Origin: a bacterium
GTDB taxonomy: Bacteria; UBA8248
Direction of reading: 5' to 3'
DNA: 64,000 bases
Assembly (NCBI GenBank): GCA_965219955.1
Contig: OZ244799.1
Span: 1,125,915-1,189,914 of the forward strand
The notes beneath the pieces are model-generated. The model did no database searches, was not told the origin of the DNA, and saw only the letters and a program-made list of their open reading frames with translations. The translations under genes were made by a program, and so were the position numbers. Positions 1 to 8,351 of this stretch are shown here, piece by piece (position 1 is the first letter of the stretch; each line of letters opens with the position of its first letter).

Positions 1-513
1 GCGGATATATATGGTAGCGTCCGTATCTTCCCCGGTTGGGAGAGAGAACGACGGGGTGAAAGGCCAAAGACAAAGGCGAAAATGGATTTCGTCGAACCCT
101 CCCGCATTGGTCGGCTCCGACACCGGAATGACGAACAAAACCACACCGTCCCATCCTGAATAGCGGCCCTTCGACAGGCTCAGGGCAGGCTCCCTCGACT
201 TCGCTCGGGACAAGCTCCGCCCCCACCTTCCTCATCCTGAGTAGCCGCCGAAGGCGGCGTATCGAAGGGCGAGGGGAGGCGAGCGCCTCGCGCCGGGCGA
301 GGGGCATCCTTCGATACGCGGCTTCGCCGCTACTCAGGATGAGGTGGAGAGAGGTTATTCAACAACCCCACAAGGGAGGGGGTAGGGGGGGGTGGTTTTC
401 AAGGCGAGAGCCTGCGCCGCCGCCCGGTTTCGGATTTTTGCCGGAATGACGGCGGAATTGGCAACGAAAGTGGGCGGACACATGGGTCCGCCCCTACAAA
501 AACATCACCCCCC
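1..513. repeat. Intergenic mosaic block of short hairpin-forming repeat modules (REP/NIME-like)
   Basis: Contains an interrupted 'aaaatggatt...ccggaatgac' module (~80-135). Long inverted repeat arms 'cctcatcctgagtagccgccgaaggcggcgtatcgaagg' (230-268) and 'ccttcgatacgcggcttcgccgctactcaggatgagg' (308-344). Palindrome 'gggcggacacatgggtccgcccctac' (~472-505). The same modules recur in at least 9 other intergenic tracts. Confidence 0.85.
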
Positions 514-1224
514 CTACTGCGGGACCTCCATGCGCCGGTAGGACTCGGCGCATTCGAGGCCGCCCGCCTCGCCCGAGCGCTTCGCCCAGTCGCGCAGGTG
601 GGTAACGAGGTCTTCAGCCGCGCCGACCTGGCTCTTGTGGCAGTGGAGCGCCTTTATTTTCAGGTCGAACGTATCGGTGATGTCCACCCAGGTGTCGGCG
701 CCGCGAATCGTCTTGAAATAGACTTCCCTGGGATGATGCGGCTCCAGGCCCTCGGCGAGGAGTTCGGGGAAATAGTTCTCGTTCCCCACGGCGGGGTAGA
801 GCGCGTCGAAGACCGCCTTGGCGACGGCGCGGTGGTCGCGGTGGTAGCCGTAGAAGCTGTCGAAGGCGTTGTTCGCCGGGTCGTCGGCGATCACGAGGTC
901 CGGCTTGCACTCCCTCATCACGTGCACGAGGTCGCGCCTGAGTTCGGCCGTGTTCCGCACCTCACCGTCCGTATGGCGCAGGAAGTGGATTTTCTCGACG
1001 CCGACGACCGCAGCCGCCGCGTGCTGTTCGCTCTCGCGGATCGCCTGTTTCTCCTGGATGGTCATGCGGCGCGATTCGGGGCCGTTCACGCCCTTGTCCC
1101 CGCTCGTGGCGAGGCAGTATTCCACATGCCGGCCCTCGCGGGTCCATTTGGCGGCCGAACCTGCGCAGCGGAACTCGATGTCGTCGGGATGCGCGCAGAT
1201 GATGAGGATGTTTTGGTGCTCCAC
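514..1224 (-). CDS. PIG-L/LmbE family N-acetylglucosaminyl deacetylase
   Basis: 236-aa ORF with N-terminal 'ILIICAHPDDIEF' motif, later 'HRDH', and a length typical of the PIG-L family. GTG start. Confidence 0.85.
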   Translation of the reverse strand: MEHQNILIICAHPDDIEFRCAGSAAKWTREGRHVEYCLATSGDKGVNGPESRRMTIQEKQAIRESEQHAAAAVVGVEKIHFLRHTDGEVRNTAELRRDLVHVMRECKPDLVIADDPANNAFDSFYGYHRDHRAVAKAVFDALYPAVGNENYFPELLAEGLEPHHPREVYFKTIRGADTWVDITDTFDLKIKALHCHKSQVGAAEDLVTHLRDWAKRSGEAGGLECAESYRRMEVPQ

Positions 1225-1289
1225 CGGTGTTCCCTTTCATGGACGATGCGGCAAGGCGACTTATAGCAGGGGGCGATGCGCATCGCAAA

Positions 1290-1670
1290 GGGGGGGAATT
1301 TGATTTGGTGATTGCATGGCCGTTTCTCGCAGGGGCGGTTGAAAAAACCGAGGAGAGAGGACCTACTCCCCCCGTGAGGCTGTTGAAAAAGCCTCGATGA
1401 ACGAGGGATGGCGAATTATGGCCGCGCTCGCCGCGGATGAAAATTTCAACCGTAGGGGCGGGCCTCCGTGCCCGCCCGTATCGGGAATGTCCATGCCCGT
1501 AAGAAACCTCGGACAGGCACGGAGGCCTGTCCCTACGGGGAACAATTCGATGATTGGGATTCCCTCTCTTCTCAGTAGGGACTTTTTCAACAACCCCCTC
1601 AAGGGGGGAGTGAAGTCCCCTCCATACTCGATCGGGTCCCCCCCTTGGTGGCAACCCCCGAAATCTGCTA
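1290..1670. repeat. Intergenic mosaic repeat block
   Basis: GTTGAAAAA-loop hairpins (~1335, ~1378). 'gtaggggcgggcctccgtgcccgccc' (~1455-1480). 'ggacaggcacggaggcctgtccctac' (~1511-1536) followed by the 'gaacaattcgatgattgggattccc' module. 'tttttcaacaaccccctcaaggggggagtgaag' (~1586-1618). Confidence 0.8.
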
Positions 1671-1730
1671 GAAATGAAGAAAACACCTGTACGGATTTCA
1701 TTGCGAACCCCGAACGACGAGGAGGCCGAG

Positions 1731-2321
1731 ATGTCGAGAATCACGCCGGTACCCGATGACGCCGCTGGCGATCACGAACCGCTCTTTGAGCAATCGAGGG
1801 AAAGATGGGGCACGGTGCCCAGCTTCTACCGCGCCCTGGCCCATTCGCCCGAAGCCCTGCGCCACATCATGAGCCTGACGGTGGCCCTGCGGAGCCAGTG
1901 GCGGACCGATTCGGCCAGGATGCGCCTGATGCAGCTTGCGATCCTGACGCCCTCGCTCATCAACGACTGCGAGATATGAACGAACCACAACGTCAAGCTT
2001 GGTCAAGCTGCCGGATTGAACGACGAACACATCGCCCTGATAGTCGATGGCTGGGAGGGGAGCGACCTGTTCGATGAGCGCGAAAAGGCGGTGATCCGCT
2101 GGGCGACGGCCCTCACGAGAAACACGGCCGCCGCGGACGACGCCTGTTTCGCGCCGCTTAAACAATTTTTCAGCGAAAAGGACATCGTGGAGCTCACCCT
2201 GTTCACCTGCCTGTTCAACGCCTGGAACCGCCTGCAGGACGGCCTCCACAACCCGGTGGAGCCGCCCGATGACATCATCGGCTGGAAGGAGTGGGAGGAA
2301 GTGGCGCAGGTGTCGGGGTAG
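1731..2321 (+). CDS. AhpD/carboxymuconolactone-decarboxylase-family protein with in-frame TGA (candidate selenocysteine, CxxU) at 1977-1979
   Basis: Track ORFs 1674-1979 and 2016-2321 share one frame and are separated only by TGA. Read-through gives 'SLINDCEI[TGA]TNHNVKLGQAAGLNDEHIALIV', which fits the AhpD core N-x-C-x-x-C-x-x-x-H ... G-L-x-x-E-x-I. ATG at 1731 is preceded by GAGGAGG. Confidence 0.7.
1996..2009 (+). promoter_or_regulatory. Candidate bacterial SECIS apical hairpin (AGCUU-GGUC-AAGCU)
   Basis: 5-bp stem capped by a GGUC tetraloop starting 19 nt after the TGA at 1977. CAA.../...UUG flanks could form a lower stem. Confidence 0.45.
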
Positions 2322-2384
2322 GGGGATAGGAATGGATTCGCAGGGGCGTCGGGCTTTCCTGAGGAAGGGAAGCCCGACCGTGGT

Positions 2385-2585
2385 CGCCCTTTGTTGGACA
2401 GGCGCAGAGGCCTGTCCCTACGGGTCGCTCCGACCGAAGAGAAATGGTTTTGATGGTTTTGTAGGGGTCAGACATATATGTCTGACTATGTGTCCGCCCT
2501 GTTCATCTATCCGCCATTTGCGCGTCGTGGTTTGAGTCGGTTTCCAAAGCGGGCGGACACACAGGTCCGCCCCTACGGAAGAGCG
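2385..2585. repeat. Intergenic mosaic repeat block
   Basis: 'ggacaggcgcagaggcctgtccctac' (~2399-2424). 'gtaggggtcagacatatatgtctgac' (2461-2486). 'gggcggacacacaggtccgcccctac' (~2551-2576). Confidence 0.8.
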
Positions 2586-2658
2586 GGATACCGGAATTGA
2601 TGAGGCAGGTATTTCATGATTCGAACGCCCCTTCACCCATTTCAATGAAAGGAAACGC

Positions 2659-3453
2659 GTGGACTTAGGCATTAAAGGAAAATCGGCTCTGGTGACGGGC
2701 GGAAGCCGCGGTATCGGCAAAGAGACGGCGAGGCGCTTCCTCGAAGAGGGCGTCCGTGTCTTCACCTGCGCGAGAAACGAAGAACCTCTGGCGGAGACCT
2801 GCGCGCAATTGGCCGATGAGACGGGCGGCGAAATCCATTGCGTCGTGGCGGACACCTCGAACGACGCGGAACTCGCGCCCCTGGTCGAAAAAGCGCAGGA
2901 AAAGCTCGGCGCCATCGACATTCTCGTGAACAACGCGGGCACCATGAGCTCGGGCCGGTTCGAGGTGCTCGATGACGCCGGTCTCCAGAAACAACTCGAC
3001 ACCAAGCTGTTCGGCTTCCTGCGCCTCATCCGCCTGGTGGAGCCCGGGATGCGTGCGAAGGGGTGGGGCCGCATCGTGAACATGATCGGCGGCGCGGGCA
3101 AGGAGCCCGACCCCTACATGTTCGGGAGCGGCATGACGAACAGCGCGCTCCTGAACATGACGAAATCGCTTTCCACCGAATTCGGCGAGGCGGGCATTCA
3201 TGTGAACGCGGTGTGCCCCGGCTGGGTGGACACCGCGCTCTGGAGAATGAACGCCGAAGGCCTGGCGGCGGAACTCGCGGCGGAGTCGGAAGAAGAGGCC
3301 CGCCGGCGCGCGGCGCGCAAGAACGCGCTGGGCCGTTTCGGCAGGCCCGAAGAACTCGCCGACGCCATCGTCTTTCTCTGCTCCGAGCGCGCGAGCTACA
3401 TCACCGGAATTTCCCTGAATCTCGACGGCGGCAGGCTCAAGTCGTTGTGGTAA
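2659..3453 (+). CDS. SDR family oxidoreductase
   Basis: 'ALVTGGSRGIGKE' Rossmann motif, 'NNAG', and typical 264-aa length. Confidence 0.85.
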   Translation: MDLGIKGKSALVTGGSRGIGKETARRFLEEGVRVFTCARNEEPLAETCAQLADETGGEIHCVVADTSNDAELAPLVEKAQEKLGAIDILVNNAGTMSSGRFEVLDDAGLQKQLDTKLFGFLRLIRLVEPGMRAKGWGRIVNMIGGAGKEPDPYMFGSGMTNSALLNMTKSLSTEFGEAGIHVNAVCPGWVDTALWRMNAEGLAAELAAESEEEARRRAARKNALGRFGRPEELADAIVFLCSERASYITGISLNLDGGRLKSLW

Positions 3454-3459
3454 GGATGG

Positions 3460-4020
3460 CGATGCTGCTCAGGTCGTCATTCCGGCAATCAATGCCGACC
3501 GAGGAGGGAGGGATTGCCCGGAATCCATTTTCAAGCAGAATGGCAATACGCTGGCTTTTCATCTCCTCGTCATCGGTGCGAATCAATAAAGAAAAAACAA
3601 AGGCAGAACAAATGGATTCCGGCTTTCGCCGGAATGACGGTGAGCGAGATATCGATTTGTAGGGGCGGTTCGCGAACCGCCCCTACGGGATACCCGACGC
3701 GAGGAGAAATCAACTCCCCCCTTGAGGGGGAGTCGAAGAGGCCGAGCGTTTTTTGCGAAGGCCGATTCGGTGGGGGGTGAAACGCGTTTTATCGCCACCC
3801 GAATTATCCCCCCCACCGAGTCAGCCTTCACCTGTCGGTTCGGCTTCCTCGACTCCCCCTCAAGGGGGGAGTGATTGGTTGGCGCTCTGCAAGGGAGGAG
3901 TAAGGTTTCATCCCTCCATGGTCGGCTCTATCTGTGGAATCACGAGATCAGGGCTTTTTCAACAGCCCCCTCAAGGGGGGAGTGAATATAAAACACCTCA
4001 AATCTTATTTCCCTCGAACC
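3460..4020. repeat. Intergenic mosaic repeat block including a variant MITE-like element (3476-3638)
   Basis: Interrupted left TIR 'gtcattccggcaatc...cccggaatccatttt' and intact right TIR 'aaatggattccggctttcgccggaatgac' (3610-3638). 'gtaggggcggttcgcgaaccgcccctac' (3660-3687). Three 'ctcccccctcaaggggggag' hairpins and one 'tttttcaacag' module. Confidence 0.8.
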
Positions 4021-4025
4021 CGACC

Positions 4026-4337
4026 TCACCCCGTCGTCGAATCGACGGCTTCGAGGAATTTCACGCCCACGGGCTCCGCGAGCAGGTCGGGCAGTTTCTC
4101 CCTGAAATTCTTGTAGTGCGGCTCTTCGCGGTGCGCGTCGAGAGCGGCCTGTGATTTCCAGCACTCGATGAAGTGGAACGCGCCCGCCTCGTCCGTCGCC
4201 CGGTAGAGGTTGTAGAAGATGCACCCCGCTTCATTGCGCGAGGGCGCGCACATGCCCCCCAGGAGTTCCGCCATCTCGTCTTCTTTGCCGGGCTTGGGCT
4301 TCAACCACGCGATCAGGAATACTCTTTCATCCGCCAT
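4026..4337 (-). CDS. Antibiotic-biosynthesis-monooxygenase (ABM) domain protein / putative quinol monooxygenase
   Basis: 103 aa. The pattern 'VFLIAWLKPKPGKEDE...AGCIFYNLY...FHFIECWKSQAALDAH...PH' is typical of the YgiN-like ABM fold. Confidence 0.75.
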   Translation of the reverse strand: MADERVFLIAWLKPKPGKEDEMAELLGGMCAPSRNEAGCIFYNLYRATDEAGAFHFIECWKSQAALDAHREEPHYKNFREKLPDLLAEPVGVKFLEAVDSTTG

Positions 4338-4471
4338 TTTCGGCCTCCGGTTTCATGGAATGAATCGCAATCGTGTCCATCGGGACGCATTCTATCCGCT
4401 CGAACGGCCCGTGGCCAGATGATCCCCCCTCATCCTCGCCTCCCGGGGGTTTGGGGTGTATAGTCCGCCCC

Positions 4472-5374
4472 ATGGTCGAGTGGATATCATCATGGGGCAG
4501 TCCCGAGTTTCTCGCCGTGGCGACCTCGTTCAGCTATTCCATCACACTCATTTCGGTGCGCCGGGCGATGACGACCGGGAGCCCCCTGATGAGCATCATC
4601 GTCCTGAATTCGCTGGTGAGCATCGCGGGGCTGGCGACCGCATGGGTGCTCGGCACCCTGGCGTCCACCAATATGCGCGCGCTCGGCTGGTTCGCGCTCA
4701 CGGGCATGGCCGGCCACGGAACGGGGAGCCTCATCTTCTTCTCGGCCATCGAACGCCTGGGCGTGAGCCGGGCCACGGCGATCCATGCCTCCTCACCTCT
4801 GTGGGGCGTGCTCCTGGCGATCATCATCCTGGGCGAGGCGCCGGGCGTCTATGTGCTGCTGGGGACGCTCGGGATCGTGGGAGGCGTCTTTCTGCTCTCC
4901 TGGCCGGAGAGAAAGCGCGCGGGAGGCGGGTCTCAAAACTACAGCCGGCAGGACTACCTCCTGCCGATTTCCTCGTCCGTGTGCTATGCGGCGGTGCCCG
5001 TGTTCGCCAAGCTGGGCCTGGCGGAGCACGAGGCGCCCTACCTGGGATTCGGCGTGGCGTTCGGCTCGGGCCTTTTGCTCATGCTGGCGGCGAGGCGCAT
5101 GATGCCGGGCGGCGGTGTGATAAGAGGGAATGCGCAGACCCTCCGCGCCCTCCTGGTGGGGCTTCCGTTCAACATCATCGCCGCTTATCTGATGTGGACG
5201 GCGTTCGTGGCGGGGATGGTGTCGAGCGTTTTGCCGCTGAGCCGGATGACGCCCCTGTGGGTCATTTTGTTCAGCTTCCTGTTTCTGGGCAAGATAGAAC
5301 GCGTTGTGCTCAAAACGGTGGTCGCGGCGTGCCTCGTCGTGGCCGGCGGGGTGATGATCACCCTGTTCCGCTAG
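4472..5374 (+). CDS. DMT (EamA) family transporter, paralog 1
   Basis: Polytopic hydrophobic protein of ~300 aa with two EamA-like halves. The ATG at 4472 was chosen over the long Pro/Ser-rich upstream extension. Confidence 0.8.
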   Translation: MVEWISSWGSPEFLAVATSFSYSITLISVRRAMTTGSPLMSIIVLNSLVSIAGLATAWVLGTLASTNMRALGWFALTGMAGHGTGSLIFFSAIERLGVSRATAIHASSPLWGVLLAIIILGEAPGVYVLLGTLGIVGGVFLLSWPERKRAGGGSQNYSRQDYLLPISSSVCYAAVPVFAKLGLAEHEAPYLGFGVAFGSGLLLMLAARRMMPGGGVIRGNAQTLRALLVGLPFNIIAAYLMWTAFVAGMVSSVLPLSRMTPLWVILFSFLFLGKIERVVLKTVVAACLVVAGGVMITLFR

Positions 5375-5425
5375 GCGCCCCGGCTGCGGGGCGATGCGTA
5401 TCATCGAGGAGCAGTCAGTCATAAT

Positions 5426-6325
5426 ATGTCGGGTCTTTTCGCACAGGCAGGCTTGGGGGAATTGCTGGCGGTAGGAGCGTCGCTTTGCTATTCGACGTCG
5501 CTCATCGCCATCCGCCAGGGGGTGCGCAGCGCGACGCCGATAGCGGGCGTGCTGATATTGAGTTCGACCGTCTCGGTCCTGGGGCTCATCATCGCGGCCG
5601 CCCGCGGCACGCTCCAGGAATCCATGCTCACGCCCGTCTTGATCTTCATGCTCGGCGGCTGCCTGGGGCAGGGCGTGGGGCAGCTCACGAACGCCATCGG
5701 CATCGAGAGGATGGGCGTGAGCCGCTCCGTGCCGATTCAATCGTCCACCCCCATCTTCTCGGTCACCTTCGCGATGATGTTTCTCGGCGAGCGGCCCGGT
5801 GTCGGCGTGGCGATGGGGACGGTTCTGATCGTGGCGGGCGTCTGCCTGCTCTCGCTGGGCGAGCGGCGCGCGGACCAGAGTTTCAAGAGCTTCTTTCAGG
5901 GCGGGCTGGTCTATCCGCTCACCTCATCGCTCTCCTATGCGCTGCTGCCCGTGCTGGCGAACGTCGCCTTCTCCTACCAGAAAACCCCCATCCTGGGCTT
6001 CGCCTGCGCCTTCACCGCCGGTACGCTTCTGCTGGCGGTAACGCGCCCCCTGCTGCCCGGCGGCGGCAAGCTCGAAGCCGACAGGAGGGCCGTCTACCTC
6101 TTTCTCGGCGCAGGCGTCACCACCACGCTCGCGGCCATCATGTTCTGGACGGCGATGAGCATCGCGCCCGTCTCGACCGTGCTGCCGCTGAGCAGGCTCG
6201 TGCCCCTGTGGGTGGTGCTGTGGACCTATCTCTTCCTGGGCGGGCTCGAGCGCATCACCTCGCGCATCGTCCTGGCGGCGGGGATGGTCGTGGCGGGCGG
6301 CGTGCTGATCACCGCCTTCAAGTAG
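5426..6325 (+). CDS. DMT (EamA) family transporter, paralog 2
   Basis: 299 aa, collinear with paralogs 1 and 3 (e.g. 'SRxxPIQxSxPIxxVxFAxxFLGExPG', 'LPLSRLVPLWVVL'). Confidence 0.8.
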   Translation: MSGLFAQAGLGELLAVGASLCYSTSLIAIRQGVRSATPIAGVLILSSTVSVLGLIIAAARGTLQESMLTPVLIFMLGGCLGQGVGQLTNAIGIERMGVSRSVPIQSSTPIFSVTFAMMFLGERPGVGVAMGTVLIVAGVCLLSLGERRADQSFKSFFQGGLVYPLTSSLSYALLPVLANVAFSYQKTPILGFACAFTAGTLLLAVTRPLLPGGGKLEADRRAVYLFLGAGVTTTLAAIMFWTAMSIAPVSTVLPLSRLVPLWVVLWTYLFLGGLERITSRIVLAAGMVVAGGVLITAFK

Positions 6326-6344
6326 ACGCCTGCGCGTGGCAAAA

Positions 6345-6397
6345 AATAATTGCGAATGCCCCGGGAAAACCTCTCGATTTCCCGGCCTTTTTCGTCC
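6345..6397. repeat. Left copy of a ~50-bp inverted repeat bracketing the histidine-phosphatase gene
   Basis: 'aataattgcgaatgccccgggaaaacctctcgatttcccggcc...' is the reverse complement, with a few mismatches, of 7118-7170. Confidence 0.8.
6361..6392 (+). terminator. Intrinsic terminator candidate downstream of DMT paralog 2
   Basis: 8-bp stem ccgggaaa/tttcccgg with a 9-nt loop, followed by 'ccTTTTT', 35 nt after the stop codon. Confidence 0.6.
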
Positions 6398-6511
6398 GGT
6401 TCACGGGAACGGGAGGCGGCGCCGGCGTTGACTGCGCTCTGTTTGACGCTCTTTCCCGGCTGAAGGACAATGACCCGCGTCGCATAAAGCCATCGTGAGG
6501 CGGACGGAGCC

Positions 6512-7027
6512 ATGAAGACCCTTTTTCTGCTGCGGCATGCCAAGTCGAGCTGGTCGGAGCCGGGGTTGGCCGATTTCGATCGCCCCCTGAACGAACGCGG
6601 CCGCCGCGCGGCGCCGCTTGTCGCCCGGCATCTTGCGCGTGGCGGCCCCTTGCCCGACCTCATCCTGTGCTCGGCCGCCCGGCGCACCCGCGAGACCCTG
6701 GCCCTGATGCTGCCCGGCCTGGCGCGCGACGCCGTCGTGCGCATCGAGAGCGGCCTCTACGGAGCGGACGCGGCAACCCTGCTGGGACGCCTCAAGCGCA
6801 TCGAAGCCGCCGTTGATTGCGTCCTGCTCATCGCCCACAACCCGGGGCTCGAAGACCTCGCCGCCGGGATTTGCGGCGGCGGACCAGAGCCGGTGCGCCG
6901 GCGTATGGACGAAAAATTCCCGACCGCCGCCCTGGCCGCGTTCGCGCTCGACGCGGCGCGCTGGTCCTCGCTGCGCGAGGGGGCGGCGGTTCTTACCGGC
7001 TTCGTCCTGCCGAAAGACCTCGCCTAG
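6512..7027 (+). CDS. Histidine phosphatase family protein (SixA-like)
   Basis: 'LFLLRHAKS...RPLNERGRR' RHG-type motif near the N-terminus, plus 'LLIAHNPG'. 171 aa. Confidence 0.8.
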   Translation: MKTLFLLRHAKSSWSEPGLADFDRPLNERGRRAAPLVARHLARGGPLPDLILCSAARRTRETLALMLPGLARDAVVRIESGLYGADAATLLGRLKRIEAAVDCVLLIAHNPGLEDLAAGICGGGPEPVRRRMDEKFPTAALAAFALDAARWSSLREGAAVLTGFVLPKDLA

Positions 7028-7117
7028 GCCCGCCGGAAACCGCGTGCGGCGCGGTACCGCTTCCGGACCGGGCCGAGGGTTTCATTGGCCGGAAACGCCC
7101 CCCGAAAAGTTGTTTTC

Positions 7118-7170
7118 AGGCGAAAACGGCCGGAAAACCGAGAGGTTTTCCCGGGGCATTCGCAATTATT
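7118..7170. repeat. Right (inverted) copy of the ~50-bp repeat bracketing the histidine-phosphatase gene
   Basis: 'ggccggaaaaccgagaggttttcccggggcattcgcaattatt' is the reverse complement of 6345-6387 with 2 mismatches. Confidence 0.8.
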
Positions 7171-7233
7171 CTTGTTTCACCACAACGCCCGCTCTTCTCG
7201 CTTAACTATTCCGGTGCGTGTATAGTCGCGCGC

Positions 7234-8139
7234 ATGAACGCGCAACCTCCTTTTTTCATGTCGGGCGAAATCCTCGCCCTCGCATCTTCGTTCATCTACT
7301 CGGGGGCGCTCATCTCCTTCCGCCGGGGATTGAGGAATGCCTCTCCCATCACGGGCGTGCTCATCACGAACGCCGTGGCGAGTATCTTGCTCCTGAGCAT
7401 CGCCTTTTCCCTGGGTACGCTGCAGACCTCTTCGCTCAAGCCCGTGTTGTGGTTCATGCTGGCGGGCTGTCTGGGGCAGGGGATGGGTCACTTGGCTTCC
7501 TACACCGCCATTCAGCGCATCGGCGCGAGCCGGACGAGTCCGGTGCAGGCATCGGCGCCGATATGGGCGGTTTTCTTCGCCGCGTTCTTTCTGGGGGAAG
7601 AGCCGGGCGTGGCGGTGGTTCTCGGCACGCTCTCCATCGTCGGCGGCGTGGCGCTCATCTCGATGGGCGAGGGCAAGGCCGTCGAAAAGGGCGGCATGGG
7701 GCCCGAATTCCGCCGCGCGCTCATCTTCCCCGTCTTCGCCTCGTTCATGTACGCCGCCATGCCGGTGATTGCGAAAATCGGCTACGCCGAGCAGAGAACG
7801 CCCTTCGCGGCGGTGGGCTTCGCCTTTCTGGCGGGTTTCCTCTTCCTGCTGGTGGCGAAGCCGTTTCTGGGCGCGAGCGGCAAGATACGGGCGGACCGGC
7901 GCGACGTTAGCTGGATACTGCTGGGCTCGGTGTTCTCCGCCACCGCCACGGGGCTTTTGTGGTTCACGCTCACGTTTTCGGACGTCACCGTCGTCTTGCC
8001 CCTGAGCCGCACCGCCCCGATATGGGTGGTGCTCCTGAGCCTCGTCTTCATGGGCGACATGGAGCGCGTGAACGCGCGCCTTTTCGGCGCGGCGGGACTG
8101 GTCGTCCTGGGGGGATTCCTGATCACGAGTTTCCGGTGA
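7234..8139 (+). CDS. DMT (EamA) family transporter, paralog 3
   Basis: The hydrophobic part of track ORF 6817-8139 starts at ATG 7234 ('MNAQPPFFMSGEILALASSF...'). The upstream 139 codons run through the previous gene and the repeat, so they are not coding. Confidence 0.8.
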   Translation: MNAQPPFFMSGEILALASSFIYSGALISFRRGLRNASPITGVLITNAVASILLLSIAFSLGTLQTSSLKPVLWFMLAGCLGQGMGHLASYTAIQRIGASRTSPVQASAPIWAVFFAAFFLGEEPGVAVVLGTLSIVGGVALISMGEGKAVEKGGMGPEFRRALIFPVFASFMYAAMPVIAKIGYAEQRTPFAAVGFAFLAGFLFLLVAKPFLGASGKIRADRRDVSWILLGSVFSATATGLLWFTLTFSDVTVVLPLSRTAPIWVVLLSLVFMGDMERVNARLFGAAGLVVLGGFLITSFR

Positions 8140-8351
8140 GGGGATTCAGAAAAGATAATTGAATGTCACAGAATGGCGTAGGGGCGGCTCGCGAGCCGCC
8201 CTGTTGTGATTCTGGTGGAATTATCCGCAAGAGCGAGAGAGAATGCCCTGTATATATTGCACAAAAGATGTATTTACAGATAGTTGATGTTATTAAATGA
8301 AGTAACACTTTAATGAAAATACTTGGAATCCCTGATAGGTTTGTGTTACCT

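Noticed and set aside
7128-7170. Right copy of the 50-bp inverted repeat, considered as a functional terminator for the sixA-like gene.
   Set aside because: On the plus strand the hairpin is not followed by a U-tract. The T-run lies on the opposite strand, where there is no gene to terminate.
6817-7233. N-terminal extensions of track ORFs: 6817-8139 (440 aa), 45752-46834 (360 aa), 49880-50884, 51554-52687, 25092-26246, 35075-35749, 40486-41526 and 54527-56962.
   Set aside because: The extensions run through upstream genes, repeats or terminators, and they are low-complexity. Internal starts with good RBSs or translational-coupling overlaps give proteins of the canonical family length.
8215-8350. 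AT-rich ~130-bp island between the convergent DMT and fdhA genes, considered as a possible small gene or foreign DNA.
   Set aside because: It has no ORF with a start or RBS and contains only a weak gtaacac...gtgttac inverted repeat. It is most simply a convergent 3' spacer, and I cannot support more.
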